Source of the DNA: Antedon mediterranea
Taxonomy: Eukaryota; Animalia; Echinodermata
Direction: 5' to 3'
Assembly (NCBI RefSeq): GCF_964355755.1
Contig: NC_092678.1
Coordinates: forward strand, 1,814,422-1,878,421
Length of the DNA: 64,000 nucleotides
A program made the position numbers and the translations under genes. A model generated the notes under the pieces. It worked only from the letters and a program-made list of their open reading frames with translations, searched no databases and had not been told where the DNA came from. Positions 1-34,504 of this stretch are shown here, piece by piece; positions within the stretch are counted from its first letter, which is position 1; each line of letters starts with the position of its first letter.

Positions 1-39
1 GGTTACATAATGTTACAGTAAAAAAACAATGTAATTCAA

Positions 40-108
40 GTTCACATTTACTCAATAATAGTTCACATTTACTCAATAATAGTTCACATTTACTCAATAA
101 TAGTTCAC
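40..108. repeat. 21-bp tandem repeat, about 3.3 copies
   Basis: GTTCACATTTACTCAATAATA repeated. Confidence 0.9.
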
Positions 109-577
109 CTCTATTCTTACTATAGAATGTAGACGACTTAGTCAATTTTGGCACACGTGGCGTTTCATACCTATACTCGAGCTTTGAAAAAAATAATGGT
201 ATTGCACAAAACAATAAAAAGTAAAAGTAATAATTAAACCTAAGTTTAATAGTAATTAATAACAATAACGATAAAATTAAACGTGATGATTGACAATCAA
301 AAAAATGTCATATAACAAAATTATGAGTGTTTTTATAACACTTCTGAACTATTGATTTTCGTGGTAGTGTTATTCTTAACTTTCTATGTCGTCTAAGACC
401 AACCAACCATTAAGGAAATATAGGCTTTCAAAGCGGTAAATGGCTGCAATTTTTAATTTTAATACATATCAAGCAGAAGGTTCTGGGTCCGAATCTTGGT
501 TGGAGCAGCTTTTTCTCATTCTGATAAATTTCCTCTTCTTTACCGTTTATAAATACATTTTTTAATCTCCAGTATAT

Positions 578-717
578 CACCTGATGGTGTAGACTGTAGA
601 GTATGTCTATGCCACCTGATGGTGTAGGCTGTAGAGTATGTCGATGCCACCTGATGGTGTAGGCTGTAGAGTATGTCTATGCCACCTGATGGTGTAGGCT
701 GTAGAGTATGTCTATGC
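578..717. repeat. 35-bp tandem repeat, 4 copies
   Basis: CACCTGATGGTGTAGGCTGTAGAGTATGTCTATGC repeated. Confidence 0.92.
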
Positions 718-1781
718 CTGTCAATTTATATATTTATAAGCTGCAAAAAAATATTATTTTTTGTTTTATATTTTATTCATTTCACCTATGATTTTAATTA
801 ACAAAAGACACCTTTCTTTGAAGTAATCTTATTGTTATGCTTTTTATAATAATATTGTCTATATTTTATATTTTTTGCTCTAGGGCCTAGTTGTATATTT
901 AAAATACTTAATTTGGGGCAGTTTAAATTATTTTATTAATTCAGGAATATTTTGTACATATCTTTATCTTAATTGTTTTTGTAAAAATCAAAACACAGAT
1001 AATAATAGTTTCATAATTATTATAAAGACTGGCATATTAACTTCGTAGATTTGCAAACAAATAAGGGAACTACCGCTTTCTAATCAACCGTCGCAAATTA
1101 GAGAACAAATTTTGATGAACAGTCCCCATTAATATTGTTGACCATTTCCATGTAAATTACAGTCCGACTGAGATATAAAACAATGCTATTAAATTCGAAT
1201 CCAGATCATTTTTTCCAATTTCTTGCCCCTTTATTAAATCTCTATTTTTATATAATTATGAACTATGTAACTATTTTATATTATAAATATAATGATAATG
1301 TATTTTGGGTAAAAATGTAGTTAAGAGACTATTAGTCTTAAACTAGAATAACGAAATTTACTATCACAACTCGAGTTAACGTGTACGCATGCGCAGCGTT
1401 TTGTTTGATCTTTGGTGCCGCGTTGAATCTGTATAGTGAGTTTTATCTGCAAGTCGCATGATGTAAAAACTAGTCATGTGGAACTATACGATGGTTTCTA
1501 CGAGATTGAGTCGTCGTCGCAGTTTGGCAACTACGTCCCAGAGCGTGCGTAGAATGACTTTTTACTCGACAGCTGGATGCGTATAGCGAGTGGCGCACCG
1601 TGAAATGAGAGCTTCCTATTAATAATATGGATAAATGTGCTTCGAATTATGTTAAACTTTACCTTATTCTTCGAAATCTTATTAAGTACGTTTAGATGTA
1701 GCAGTAGTTACTTTTTATACAACAAAATTGTTAATATTAGGGTTTAAAGGTCATGTTGACATGAGCCTCCATTTAAAAAAA

Positions 1782-2024
1782 AGTACGCGCCGTAGTCGAA
1801 TAATTAATATGCGCAAACAACGTATGCAAAAGCACCGCGACGCTAATTAATAGTACGCGCCGTAGTCGAATAATTAATATGCGCAAACAACGTATGCAAA
1901 AGCACCGCGACGCTAATTAATTTTATAGTTACTTAATTAAATCATTCTATGCATTGAATTTATTATAAATAAGGGATTTTGTACAATTTATTATAAATAA
2001 GGGATTTTGTACAATTTATTATAA
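1782..2024. repeat. Perfect 70-bp tandem duplication (1782-1921) followed by a 28-bp duplication (~1957-2024)
   Basis: AGTACGCGCCGTAGTCGAAT...GACGCTAATTAAT twice; AATTTATTATAAATAAGGGATTTTGTAC twice plus a partial copy. Confidence 0.9.
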
Positions 2025-3338
2025 TCGATTAATTAGTGATTTTATGCCTTTATACGAATGGTGGAGAAATGATAGTTTGAATGAAATAAAATATTTATTT
2101 TCTGTACATGTTTTGTCTTTTTATAAACACTTTAACCGGATAGATAAATAGATGAATTTATTGCTCTCGAAATGATATTGATTATGGCGATAATTATGTT
2201 ATTGAACCACACTAATATGATCAATTAAAACAATTTACCGCGCAGGTGAGTAGACAGTCATTACAATTCACCGTGTTTACCGATAAACACCTCAACACAA
2301 ATTCCGCTGCTACTTCGTAACGCGATTCTCATATTGATACAAATACTATACTATTCGTTTTGCACAGGCTTTAAAAAAGGTATGTATGTAATAATAATGT
2401 TTATTTGTAATTATTCTATCTGTGTTCATTTAGTGGTTTGTATTTTAGCAGGTCTATCTTAATGCCATTATTATGTGTCATGAGGAGGGTGACAGTGACG
2501 GACTTATTTGAGTTTCTATGTCATCCCTAGAAATGATACTTTGTTGTTTCTTGTTTGTATAGGCCTATATATGCTGATTTTGGTCGAAATAAATATTGAA
2601 TTGATGTCCAACATCCTTCGTTGTAAAATTTAGGTCTACCGTCGTTTGACTCCTGTTGGCGAGTTCAATCTCAAAACATAGTATTTAGTTTTCTTTTAAA
2701 ATATGCAAAACTGTAGATATTAATTAGGACTATAATGCAAAAAACTTGGTAATATTTAATTGAGGTTGAAGGATGTTTGTCTGCTTTTGATGCTCTGCTT
2801 CATTTTGTTGGTATTAGCCTCAATATTATTCTTTGAAATTTTTTGGAAAAATATCTTAATTTTTTGCAATATGCAACTGTAGCTAGCTTATAATTAGCCT
2901 CAATATATTCTCACGAATTAGTAACTTCTCGAATAATATCCTGATTTGTAAATCAAACTTAACCAACTAAAAAAGGAACCGGTAAATGTTTCTAAATTCC
3001 ATAATAGATCTATCTTTGATTATTTTAACTTGTAAAGTGTAAATAATTTTATATTTATATATTATAGGCCTATATATTATTATTATTATTATTATTATAT
3101 TATTTTTCCTAAAAATGTATTAATTTGTTTGTTTTGATAGGGAACGATTCGTCGTTAGGCCTAATAGGACTATATAGGTAAGAAAAGCCTCCTTTTAATA
3201 TTGATGTTATTATAGGCCTACAAATTAGTTTGTTGATACCATCTTCACATGGAATTGTATCGATAGTAATTATAACTAACGATCCATCGTAAACATTGAT
3301 TAACTTGGCTTGTGTTTATTGCTTGAGACTAAACGAGT

Positions 3339-3352
3339 GTTGTCATAGTAAC
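3339..3352. promoter_or_regulatory. Candidate RFX X-box upstream of the CNBD2-like start codon
   Basis: GTTGTCATAGTAAC fits GTTNYCATRGYAAC. A forkhead-like TGTTTAT lies about 20 bp upstream. A second X-box-like ATATCCATGGTTAC is at 3733-3746. Confidence 0.5.
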
Positions 3353-4004
3353 GTAAGCAAAAGTTAATCTAGCAGAATATCATCATATGACATTGACAAC
3401 AAAAATGATATATTGATGTAAAATACAATATTTGTATATATGATTATGATATTAATAATATACAGTAGGCCTATAGGCCTATGACTATGATCCTATTGTC
3501 AACATGCATTGCTATAGGTTTGGATGGATTAGCTTCAAAATGTATCCATAAAAAAGACCTAAAAAAAATGCGGAAATGAAACGGTAAAGATGTAAACACG
3601 ATGTTACTTAAGGACCAGCAGCCACTATGACAATTGTTTTTCTATTTATTATCTTAGGCCAATTTGTATCCAATAGGGACATTATAAATACGATACTACC
3701 GTGCGTCATTTTGCGTCACGGTTCTCAATTCCATATCCATGGTTACAGTTAACTTTTTGTAGTGACCCATATACCCTTTTTTTTTAAACACATTAAATCC
3801 TAAACAATATTGTCAGTATAATATTTCGGACTTTATTTTAAATGATGGATTGTTGATGATGAATTATAAGTTATTTTACGCAAGGAGTTGTTCCAATAAC
3901 GGTAACTTTCTGTTCTTTTTGTAGGCCACCATTGGGATAACATCTGCTAACTGTTTTGACCTTGGCTTGTATTTCAACCAAAACCGTTTCGAATTTCAAT
4001 CAAC

Positions 4005-7000
4005 ATGACTCAAATACCCAATTTCACGAAAATAGCATTCAAAACAAAGCCTAGGCTACTTGGAATAACACCGCAGGAGGAGGAGGACACAGCCAAGTTT
4101 AATTCAAGGCGACGTCGTAAACGGTTTTTATCCGTCGTAGAAATGTTCAATGTTGAGCCTGGAAAGCAGGTTAAGACACAAAATTCGCTGTCAACCTGGG
4201 GTAATGTTCGTGAAAATTTAACGAATCCAATGTCGTCGACAAGGCGACATTCCGAGGGATATGCGGCTCTTGGTAGGCGAGACAGACTTTCGATATCATC
4301 CAGTTTTAACCATGGTAATTTATCAAGCATTGAAGAGAAGAGGTTCTCTAGAGAACACAGTGACATCAGTCGTCGTTCGTCTGTTGTCGGTGGACTTCTT
4401 GGGACGGCGGCGTTCAAACGGCAGCTAACAAGGAAATCGGTTAACCTAAAAAGACGGGTAAGAAATAGTCGCAAAACATCATTATTAAGTGCACAATTTC
4501 TTTGGATAGAGGTTCGTAGTGTTAAACATTCACTCTAAACACTACGATCCACAATAATGTTTCCGGTGTATCCTGAATAGGAGTTTTCTAGGGGAGTGTT
4601 GTTCTACTGTTTCGGTATAGTAAACAAACTCATTACCGTATAGGCCTACTTGTTTGTTATTTTTTACATGATATTATTACCCCTTGCATAGTTTTCTGCT
4701 ATAATATCTAAATGATGCTTGATTACCTGTAATAATAAATAGCACACAATATTAAATCGATATAGGCCTAGCTAGCTTGGCATATAGGAAAGTCGAATAG
4801 AAGTGAACAAAGTGTTTAAATACGTTATTATTAGTAGGCGTATCCTTGAGATAAAAGATATGGGCGTGCTGAAACAACATGGTGGGTTTATTCATGACTA
4901 TATATTGCTCCATATTGAGTTCACACGGGATACTTTATTTGATCCAAAAAAAAAAATCCATACAATATGCTATCTATATTTATTTTTAAAATGACATTTC
5001 TCAGCTTGTGAATGTGAATAATAATAAATCGAAACGTATGTCTAAATATATGACCTTTCGTTTTCGAAAATCGCCGCCTACCAAGCTTTATTTTTTAAGA
5101 TTTTATGAATTTATTTTATGCTTAGGCCTATTATTTTTGTGCGTATTTTGTGTTAAAGATATATTTAGAAAAATCTTTCTTTCTTATTAGTTAATGTTGT
5201 ACATGAAGTTTAAGATGCTTGGTCGTCTGACGATTCTTCTTCATAGAATGTGTACGCTGCATTTTCAAGAACTACAGTAAGAAAAAATTACCAACTCTTT
5301 GATTTGATTGCATTCGAATATAATGACAAATAGGCAAAGACAACACAGTGCCCTCAATGCAAATCTCTTCACAATATCATGCAATTTCGTGTATTAAAAT
5401 ATATTTGAGTTTTTGGGTGAAGACCAGGGTTTTGTTTCACCTGTAATGAACTACCTAGTTTTCATAACAAGAACACTGACGTAACAAAGTAATAAAATAC
5501 GTAACAAGAACTAGCTACGTCATAAGAGCACTTTCTGTTCCCATCATTTCCTATTTCTGTTGCTTTAAACTTTCGTTATCTTCAATATATTATTAGGGAT
5601 GATGAAGAAGATTCGAACGCTATGTCGTTTGCCCAAATCGCGTTTCATGGTAAACGTGACCCTAGTGTTGACCTCATGTTTGATGTCAGTAAATTCAAAG
5701 CAAATAAGGAGGTACGATGGTTTTGATAATGATGATTACGAGTGACGAGGACGATTAGGCCTATGTCGTGCAAAAAAAAAATCAGAAAAAAATAATTAAT
5801 GTACGGTAAACCATGACGTCATTTAGCGACGACGCTGATTAACACAGCGGCAACAAAGACGACGTTGACGACGCTGGACGGCAACGTCAATTACGATGAA
5901 TAAAGCGTCGTTGTTGTTGTGATACATCGTCAAGTCGATGGTAACCAGTGGCCGTATGGATGATTGAGGTTACGTGGATAACGAATATGATTCCAATAAT
6001 AATGACGACTATAATAACTTCAGTTGTTTTTACAGAAAGTATAATGATATTTTGATAAAGTAAAACATATTTGTTTTTAATATAGTACCGAATATCGTCG
6101 GACACTAAAGCAGTAATGAAATTACATCCACATGAACGCACTGATGACGATATTAACGTTGTAAGTAATTTCTATATTTTTTATTTATTTCTAGGCCTAG
6201 TGAAGATATATAAATTATTTGCTCCCAAGAAAATGTCTCTGAATTTTAATAGTTATGTTAAATATTAATATAGTAGTTTTATATTTGTACTAATTTATTT
6301 TCATTTGTGATATGGATATTAGATTCAGCGCACCCTCCTTGACCTAAGGTCATTTGCTGAGTACCCAGTTAAGATGCAAGTAAAAGTTGCCAAAGTTGGT
6401 TGGTTACAGACATTCAACCCAAAGCGGGTCGTCGTACGAGAAGGTCATCCCCCGCAGTATTTTTACTTCCTAATTTCAGGATCGAGTAAGTAATTATTTT
6501 TAATAAATTTGTGGTATAATAATTGCGTTAATATGATAACATGTATCCATGGATTTCCTCCATGATTTATCATTACCACTGTTGGTATCATTCTAAATTG
6601 TAATATCATCATTACTAAATCGGGGCTCCCATAAAATACGCAACGTGAGGACGTAGACGCAATATAAGTGACCATTGACAAGCAACATCGCTTGTGATTG
6701 GTCAAATAATTAACTGTAGGCCTACATTGCGCTTACGTCATTGAGTTACGTCTTTAGTGGGAACCAACAGTTTCTAAAGCATAGTCTACACTAGAACATT
6801 TTAGTTTGTAAATAAGAGCAAGTTAACAAGTTTTCCAAAGTTGCCCATGTAGGCTAAACCAGCCAGTAAGCCTAATTATATTTTGCAACATCCTCGTCAT
6901 CATCATCATCATCTTATCACATCTTCTTTGATTATCTAATCTTCCTTTATAATAATCAACCAGATTTTAAATCAGATTTATACCAACACAATACCTGGAT

Positions 7001-10000
7001 AACCTGCAGGAAAAACACCTCACCCCACCGAGATTCAAACTCGTGTAACCGTGGTAAAGTATTTTCGTAAAGATGGTTATTATTATTAATGGTTATTATT
7101 AATATTACAGTTTTGATAACGTCAACTAATGATTCATATACAGATGGTTCAAAATCCATATCTGTATTAAAACGAGGGAGTAGTTTTGGGGTAAGTATCG
7201 ACATTTGACTTATTATGGAACGCTGAAGAAAAATTGTAGAACAAAACTAAAGCAATACGCTTATCCATTTAATACTTTACTTTACTACGTTTATCGGATT
7301 CGGAATCCGAACATCATATAAATGTGTCTCATAGGTAACATAATGATTTCCATTAACTTTGATGTATTAGCAGAGATGCCCAAGTATACGTAAACAAAAA
7401 TATCAAATGTTGTGTTTTTCTTTGAAGGATCTTGCTATTCTCCAGAATGCTAAACGGACTTTTACAGCAACAGCTAGTGAAAAGGTTGAACTGTTCTGCA
7501 TTTCGAAAAAGGTATCAAAGACATCGTGATTTATAATTTATAATTATTTAGGCGTATTGATAGTATTTGTAATTCTTATTAGTATAGTATTATAGTATTA
7601 TTTGGACAGTAAAGTACTATAAAAATAAATAATAATAATAATAATAAACAGTATTTATATAGCGCCTAATGGATCACTGACCCTTCTAGGACCCCTCTAG
7701 GTGCTTTACATAGGACCTTAACTAATGGTAATAAACTATCCCCCGCCGGACACCATTCCAATTCCATTTCACTGTATAATTGCTAAAACATGTGCTCTTC
7801 TTATTCGTAGGATTTTATTAGTATTTTTATGGCAGGTGGAGAAAAGAAACTTCAAGACCCAGAACTTCTCAAATTTATTAGGTTTGTAATTGTAATAATT
7901 TATGAAATTTCTGCAAGTTTCCAATCACGATTGACACAGACGGACTCATCTATGTTACCGTGCTCTAGTAAGATCGTAATTATTAATTTTTAAAATAGAA
8001 ATTTTTGGTTATAGAAATTTGGAATTTCTGAAAAATTGGCCCATCGAATTGTTGGAAGATCATCCAGAAAAATGTATGTTCAATTATTTCAAGTAAGTAC
8101 TGTACAGTTTTTTTATGTAAATAAGAAATCGATTTTAACGTACTATTTTTAAAAACATATTTAACTGCATGAAGTTTTCTCTTTTTTTCTTTCATTATGA
8201 CAGACAAGGGACTTTGCTTGTAGAAGATAGCAGTTCCAATGATAAAATCTTTATCGTCAAATCTGTACGTATAAATATGAGGTCCATCAAATAGAGGAAA
8301 GAAATAAAAAAACTTTATTTCAAAAACTCGTTTTCCATTAATGTTTTTTCTTGTTCAACAGGGAAGTTGTACAGTGTTGAAGAAATTGAGATGTAAAAGA
8401 TCGTCTTCGTTGAAGAAAAATCGTCGAGACAATGGTGAGGTCATTGCAAAGTGTGTAGTAGAGCTTTTGTGGTTAACATGCTTGCCCCTCAGTTCAAAGG
8501 CCCAGGGTCCAATCTTAATGAAGTTCCATGGTTCAATACTGACCTATAGTACCTGAGTTTTACCCGACCCGACTATTTCTACTTTAATCCCAAGACTCAA
8601 CTCTGTTTATAAGCATAGTATTTCTACAGTAAATCTCATACTTATTGTCCTTCTTAGAAGCTGTTGCAAAAATTGTCGTTACAAACGAGGAAGAAGAAAA
8701 AGAGTTAACTCATAAGGAGTTGATTGAACAAAAAGAAAAACTTTTTCTGAAGCGGAAAATAAAATCACTAAAGAAAACGAACACATCTTTGTATGACAGA
8801 GGATTGAACCTTCCTCTTTTGCGTGCAAAGTCAACAGGAAGTGACGTAATGCGTGACAGACCTGGATCAATATTGTCTGCCATTTCTGAGCGGGATTCCG
8901 CAGTGTCACATGACTTTATCCTGCTTGACGATTTGGTTGACGAGTCATTATCGGGAAGTTCGTCAAGAAGTGGTTACTGCACTTCACATGATGACGTCAG
9001 ATGCAATAATTTATGTTTTTCACAATTTTACAATATTCCAATGGACACTGACCAGGGTAACACTGTTGGTAAGTGTAGTGAAGCATCTCAGGCGCTCTGT
9101 ACAGAGAGGCAGCACCCAAGTACAAGACGAAAGAAGACTGTGGAAACATGGCTTTCGGATTTGCCTGTAGAAACTAGAACACTTACCGATGCAAAATGCA
9201 GGAATACGAAAAACGATTCAACCCATCGAAAACATCAAGTATCACCACATCAAATAAACGTTATTCCACAACAAGATACCGTAAATAAAATCAGTTTTTA
9301 AAAACCAATAGTTAAACGGTAATCCGACCAATCACAAGTGAGAGTTTGGGTGTTTCGGCCATTATGATTGGACAAATTAGGCCTACTTGCGTTGTGTTTA
9401 TGCCCCTGCGTTATACCTTTTAGTTGTAAACGACGTTTAAATAACGTTTCTTATAGAAACCAAGATTTATATCGACTTATTTTTATTACGCATGCGTTGT
9501 GAGGATGCAATTCAGAATTATAATAACTACGTCATTTGTCTTATTAAGGTTCTTCTGTCACCTATACAACGAGATGTGAAAGGTATGTACAAGTCAATAT
9601 TAAATGTTTATTATTTAGGCCTAACATCACTCGTAGGCCTATAAAATCATTTTGTAGGCCTATACAATGATTAATGTAGGCCTATACAATCAATCGTAGG
9701 CGGCCTATACAATCAATCGTAGGCCTATACAATTACTTATGAGGAATGGATAAACAAAATAGCATAGTGTTAATATGTTTCTTTTCTTTAGAACATTCAA
9801 CTTCAACGACATCTGTTTTGAGTAATGTTTCAAAACTCTCCAAGGCAAACAATCGGTTCGTATTTATTGAAGTGCAAAAGTTACACAAAGGATGTGTATT
9901 TGTAAGTGACCTTAATAATAATGATAATCTATAATGTTACTCGGTAGACCAGTTATAGACATTGTTTAATATTTTGATATTGGTCAATAAGCGTCTGACA

Positions 10001-10917
10001 ATAAGTACAAAGTATTACCGGTAGCTAAATGCATTCATAATTTATTTAAAACACATTTCCCGTACGTACCAGCGATGAACCCCGAGTACCAATCCTTCGT
10101 ATGTATTTATGCCGTTTATGCATTACGTCATTATTTTATTCAATCATGCAAAACGGATTGTAACTAGCGTCATCACAACATTTTAACTTTCCAAATTGTA
10201 GCTTACAACTGTTAACCAATGTCAATGTCGGGACAAAACATTTTCATTTCGTTGTGAATGGATTGGAGTATTCTTGGAGTATAACCTGCAATGTGCGTTA
10301 ATAATTATGATCGAATATTCCAGTTTCTATACCATGCCGTTTGATCTTCATAGGGTCTTTCAAGCGATTTATTCGGTAATCAGCCAACTCTTAGCCTGGT
10401 TAGTGACGGTGCCGAGTGCTTAGTTCTATCGAAGCAGTTCTTTCTTGAAAATGCTACGGACTTTCAGATACACGAAATACGTGTGGCTGTAAGTATTTTA
10501 AATTCAACATCAACATCAATCTCCTAATAAAAAGTGTTTAAATACCTTCTCTGAAAAATAAACACCCGTCTCAACAACAACGTTTTCAATAGTTACGGTA
10601 CTCTACTAATAGAAACAGTTTAAATACGTTCTCTAAAATCTAACTTCCCGTCTCATCAACGTTTCCAACCGTTTCCTATTAGTAAAAGTTAGAACCTGCG
10701 TTTTATTTTTTTTTCAAATGACATGCGTTAAAGATAATAGTACTGTATTTACTATTGCTTTTAGGGCGTTCCATACCCAACTGATGAGGAGTTACAGGTG
10801 AACCTAGAGCGGCACGAGGCATGGAATGTGTACCGGAATAAAACTCTTAATGACGTCATAGATTTCGTCACTTTAAATAGGCGGAAAAAAATAAGACAGT
10901 TATTACCACTCTTCTAA
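4005..10917 (+). CDS. CNBD2: Cyclic nucleotide-binding domain-containing protein 2-like (two cNMP-binding domains), 16 coding exons
   Basis: GT-AG exons that join in phase: 4005-4457, 5191-5276, 5597-5711, 6086-6160, 6323-6485, 7111-7190, 7428-7511, 7811-7881, 8015-8092, 8204-8264, 8362-8434, 8659-9280, 9549-9582, 9792-9901, 10354-10488, 10765-10917 (TAA). Translation gives CNBD hallmarks: FAEYP..MQ, RVVVREGHPPQYFYFLISG, LKRGSSFGDLAILQNAKRTFT, FLKNWPI, IFIVKSGSC, LHKGCVFGL, SLVSDGAECLVLSK and the C-terminal PYPTDEEL..W..YR motif typical of CNBD2-like proteins. The ORF-track entries 4005..4538, 8341..8556, 8645..9301 and 9746..9934 overlap these exons. Confidence 0.85.
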
Positions 10918-11379
10918 ACAACATTAATAACATATTTAAAATATGTTTTTTATATTGTTAACTTTAAACATATACCCATGGTGTTAAATTGTACTGTATA
11001 CTGTAATTGGCCGCATTTACAATATTTTGTTTACAGTATTAAGCCAACTGAAGCCGAATAGTTTTACTATTTATTTATACAAAAAACGGTAACAAATGAA
11101 ATGGTCGTTTGATGTAATGCTGCTAAGGGCAGGGGAAATAAAAAAATTAAATAAAAATCGATGTTAATAAAAGCATATAGGCCTACCAACAATTGATGGC
11201 ATATATTTAGGTAAATTGAGATAAATGGAACGTCTAATTAAATTAAGAGTGGCAATGAGTAGATACAAAACATGATTTTTTATTTTAATTTAGCGAGTAC
11301 TTTTGGGCATAAGGTATTCGTAATGATGCATTATAGTTTATATGATAAAATTTAAAAAAAGTTGGAGAAGTTGTAAACT

Positions 11380-11562
11380 ATTGGTGGCAGCAGAGACGTT
11401 ATGCAACACACAAACAAACAATTGGTTTTTGGGGAGATATGTGTGTAGGCCTGGATGGCGTTTAATATCTGTTTTGTCCTTTAGTATTCTTACTTAGCAT
11501 GCTCGAAACATAGTTTATAATAGTTATGAAAAAGCAACTGAAATCGCTTGAAAACTACTGAG
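11380..11562 (+). other. Probable non-coding first exon / promoter of paralog A
   Basis: The ATG exon starts at an acceptor (TTTTGTAG|ATCACAATG, 13588), so an upstream UTR exon is needed. A good donor GAG|GTATGT lies at 11563, downstream of the CNBD2 AATAAA signals (~11137, ~11150), and is followed by a locally GC-richer tract. The 5' boundary is a guess. Confidence 0.4.
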
Positions 11563-13594
11563 GTATGTGAAGTAATTTTATTTTTAAAACCTCTTAATCT
11601 TCTTCCCCAAGGACGTTAGGCCCACAGATAGCCTAGCTAGCTAATAATAAGAGGAGGCCGAGAATAGCGCAGTGGGTCCCCTTCCATACGCCCTCCATCT
11701 CATCTCAGCTCAGCAGGGGACCTTGCCTTGATTGATATTTTGTAAGTTAATGGTTGCCTAATTCTATTCAACTGACTGATAATGATGTAGTGTAGGCCTA
11801 TTAGTAGCCATATGGAGTATAGGCTAGTATAAATGAATAAATAAGTTGAGTTGCACATGCACCCCCACCACCCCTATCCCACACACATGTTTTGCAAGTC
11901 ATCCACTGAAACATAGGCCTACTACTACTAGCCTATACCATGAAGCCCTTTTTAGTGGACTATTGGAAGAATGTCTTATCGCAAAGCCAGTTACTAAATA
12001 GTGTGCGCAACACATGGTGCAAAGGATTTAACCAATTCAAGCTGTGTATTAGTTTGTTTCTTACTTTGTGCAATTTGCTCAGTTTTGGCCAAATAAAAAA
12101 AAAATGTTCACTTCCAAGAATTGTTTATGATGCGAGACGCTTTCTATTACTAGCTAGTATTAGTAATTAGCTATTGTGATGCCCTAAACATGAATTATAG
12201 TTGAAAATCCTGTTGTAATCACACCTCTTGACAATCACAGTCTTGAAATTGTGATGGAAAACTTTTGTTTATGAAATACAATTTTTTTATTATTATTAAA
12301 TATATAACAGAAAAAAAATTTACAGTTGTAATTTTGGACTGCTACATTTTTTTTTTTAATTGGCCTTTAAATAGGTAAATAAATGTATTGTGAGTTATCT
12401 ACTATTGTAATACTAAATTCTGCAAGTCATGTTGTTCAATGTGAATGGGGTTTCTACAGTACAATAAATCAGTGAAGCATACATGCTTTTGATATTTTTT
12501 TTTATTAACTTACTTATATAACTTTTACCACGTGGAGTTCAATTGTTTATGTAACAAAAAGCTTAGTATATCCAGTCCAATAAGAGCAACAAAAATAGTA
12601 GGTTAGTAATTTTAGTAACACTATAATTATTAATAGCCTAAGCATTATTACCATTTAATATTTATTCAATGTGTTGCGTTATCTCTTCATGAACTTTAAC
12701 CCTTTTGTTGATTGTGTAATTACACTATTGTGTAATCTTTGAGCGTACCCATGCATTTTCATTGAAAAGAAAATTTGCCATTTAGCGATCATGTGTTAAT
12801 TTTATTCTACTGCAGTTACTGCAATAAATACAATTTTGACTAAATTAATATATGATTTTAATTTGTAGTTTTATGAGGAAGTCTGTGCAATTATGTAGCA
12901 AGTTTAAAAAGCAAAACAAATATGTACTGTAGTAGTAACTGCAGTAAATCAATGTTGGCGTATCCCTGGCTTCAATATGTGTAAAATACAGTTTACTCCG
13001 TATACGACGACAAAATATTAAATAATTATTTGAATTTTTTTTATCAGTATCAATCACTTATTATTTATACATTTATACATATAATGGAAAAAAATTGAAA
13101 ATCCAATTAATACATATGGTTGTATAATAGTAATATACATATGGTTGTATAATACATGGTTGTCTATGACTTGACATATTTCTTTATAGTGACAAGATAA
13201 TTAATTCATCAGCTGTCAATTCAAAGGTAGGCATAAATACAATATGTATTCTCTAATTAACCTGAGGTAATTAGGGTGAGTTTTTTTATTCGCTCTTCCA
13301 TATCTCCACTTTTGATTTTGATCTTGAGCAAGTGAGTTGTCCAATCATAAGTAACAGTTCGGATGATGTTTTGATGAGACACATGCTTTCGTCCTTGCTT
13401 TGTGTCCAAGTGGGAATCAAGCTTTAATTTATTTTAAAAATTAATTTTTATTCTAAAATTTAGTGTTAAACTTCACATAAAGTTCTATATTTTGCATTGT
13501 ATTTCTCAAAATATGGGTGGATGGGTTGCTGGCCACCTGGATCCGCCTATTGCTAGAATTTAATTTAATTTTTTAAAATATTTTGTAGATCACA

Positions 13595-34504
<20,910 letters not shown>

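Noticed and set aside
1370-1620. CpG-rich patch with ACGCATGCGCA (NRF1-like) as a promoter
   Set aside because: Could equally be the interior of a transposon, and no linked exon could be established from sequence alone.
4010-4474. 154-aa antisense ORF
   Set aside because: Shadow of the first coding exon of the CNBD2-like gene, with no recognisable motif or splice support.
8450-8530. tRNA-like sequence (similar fragments at ~470-510, ~7020-7045 and ~28780-28850)
   Set aside because: Only degenerate A/B-box remnants with no cloverleaf; most likely old SINE heads rather than tRNA genes.
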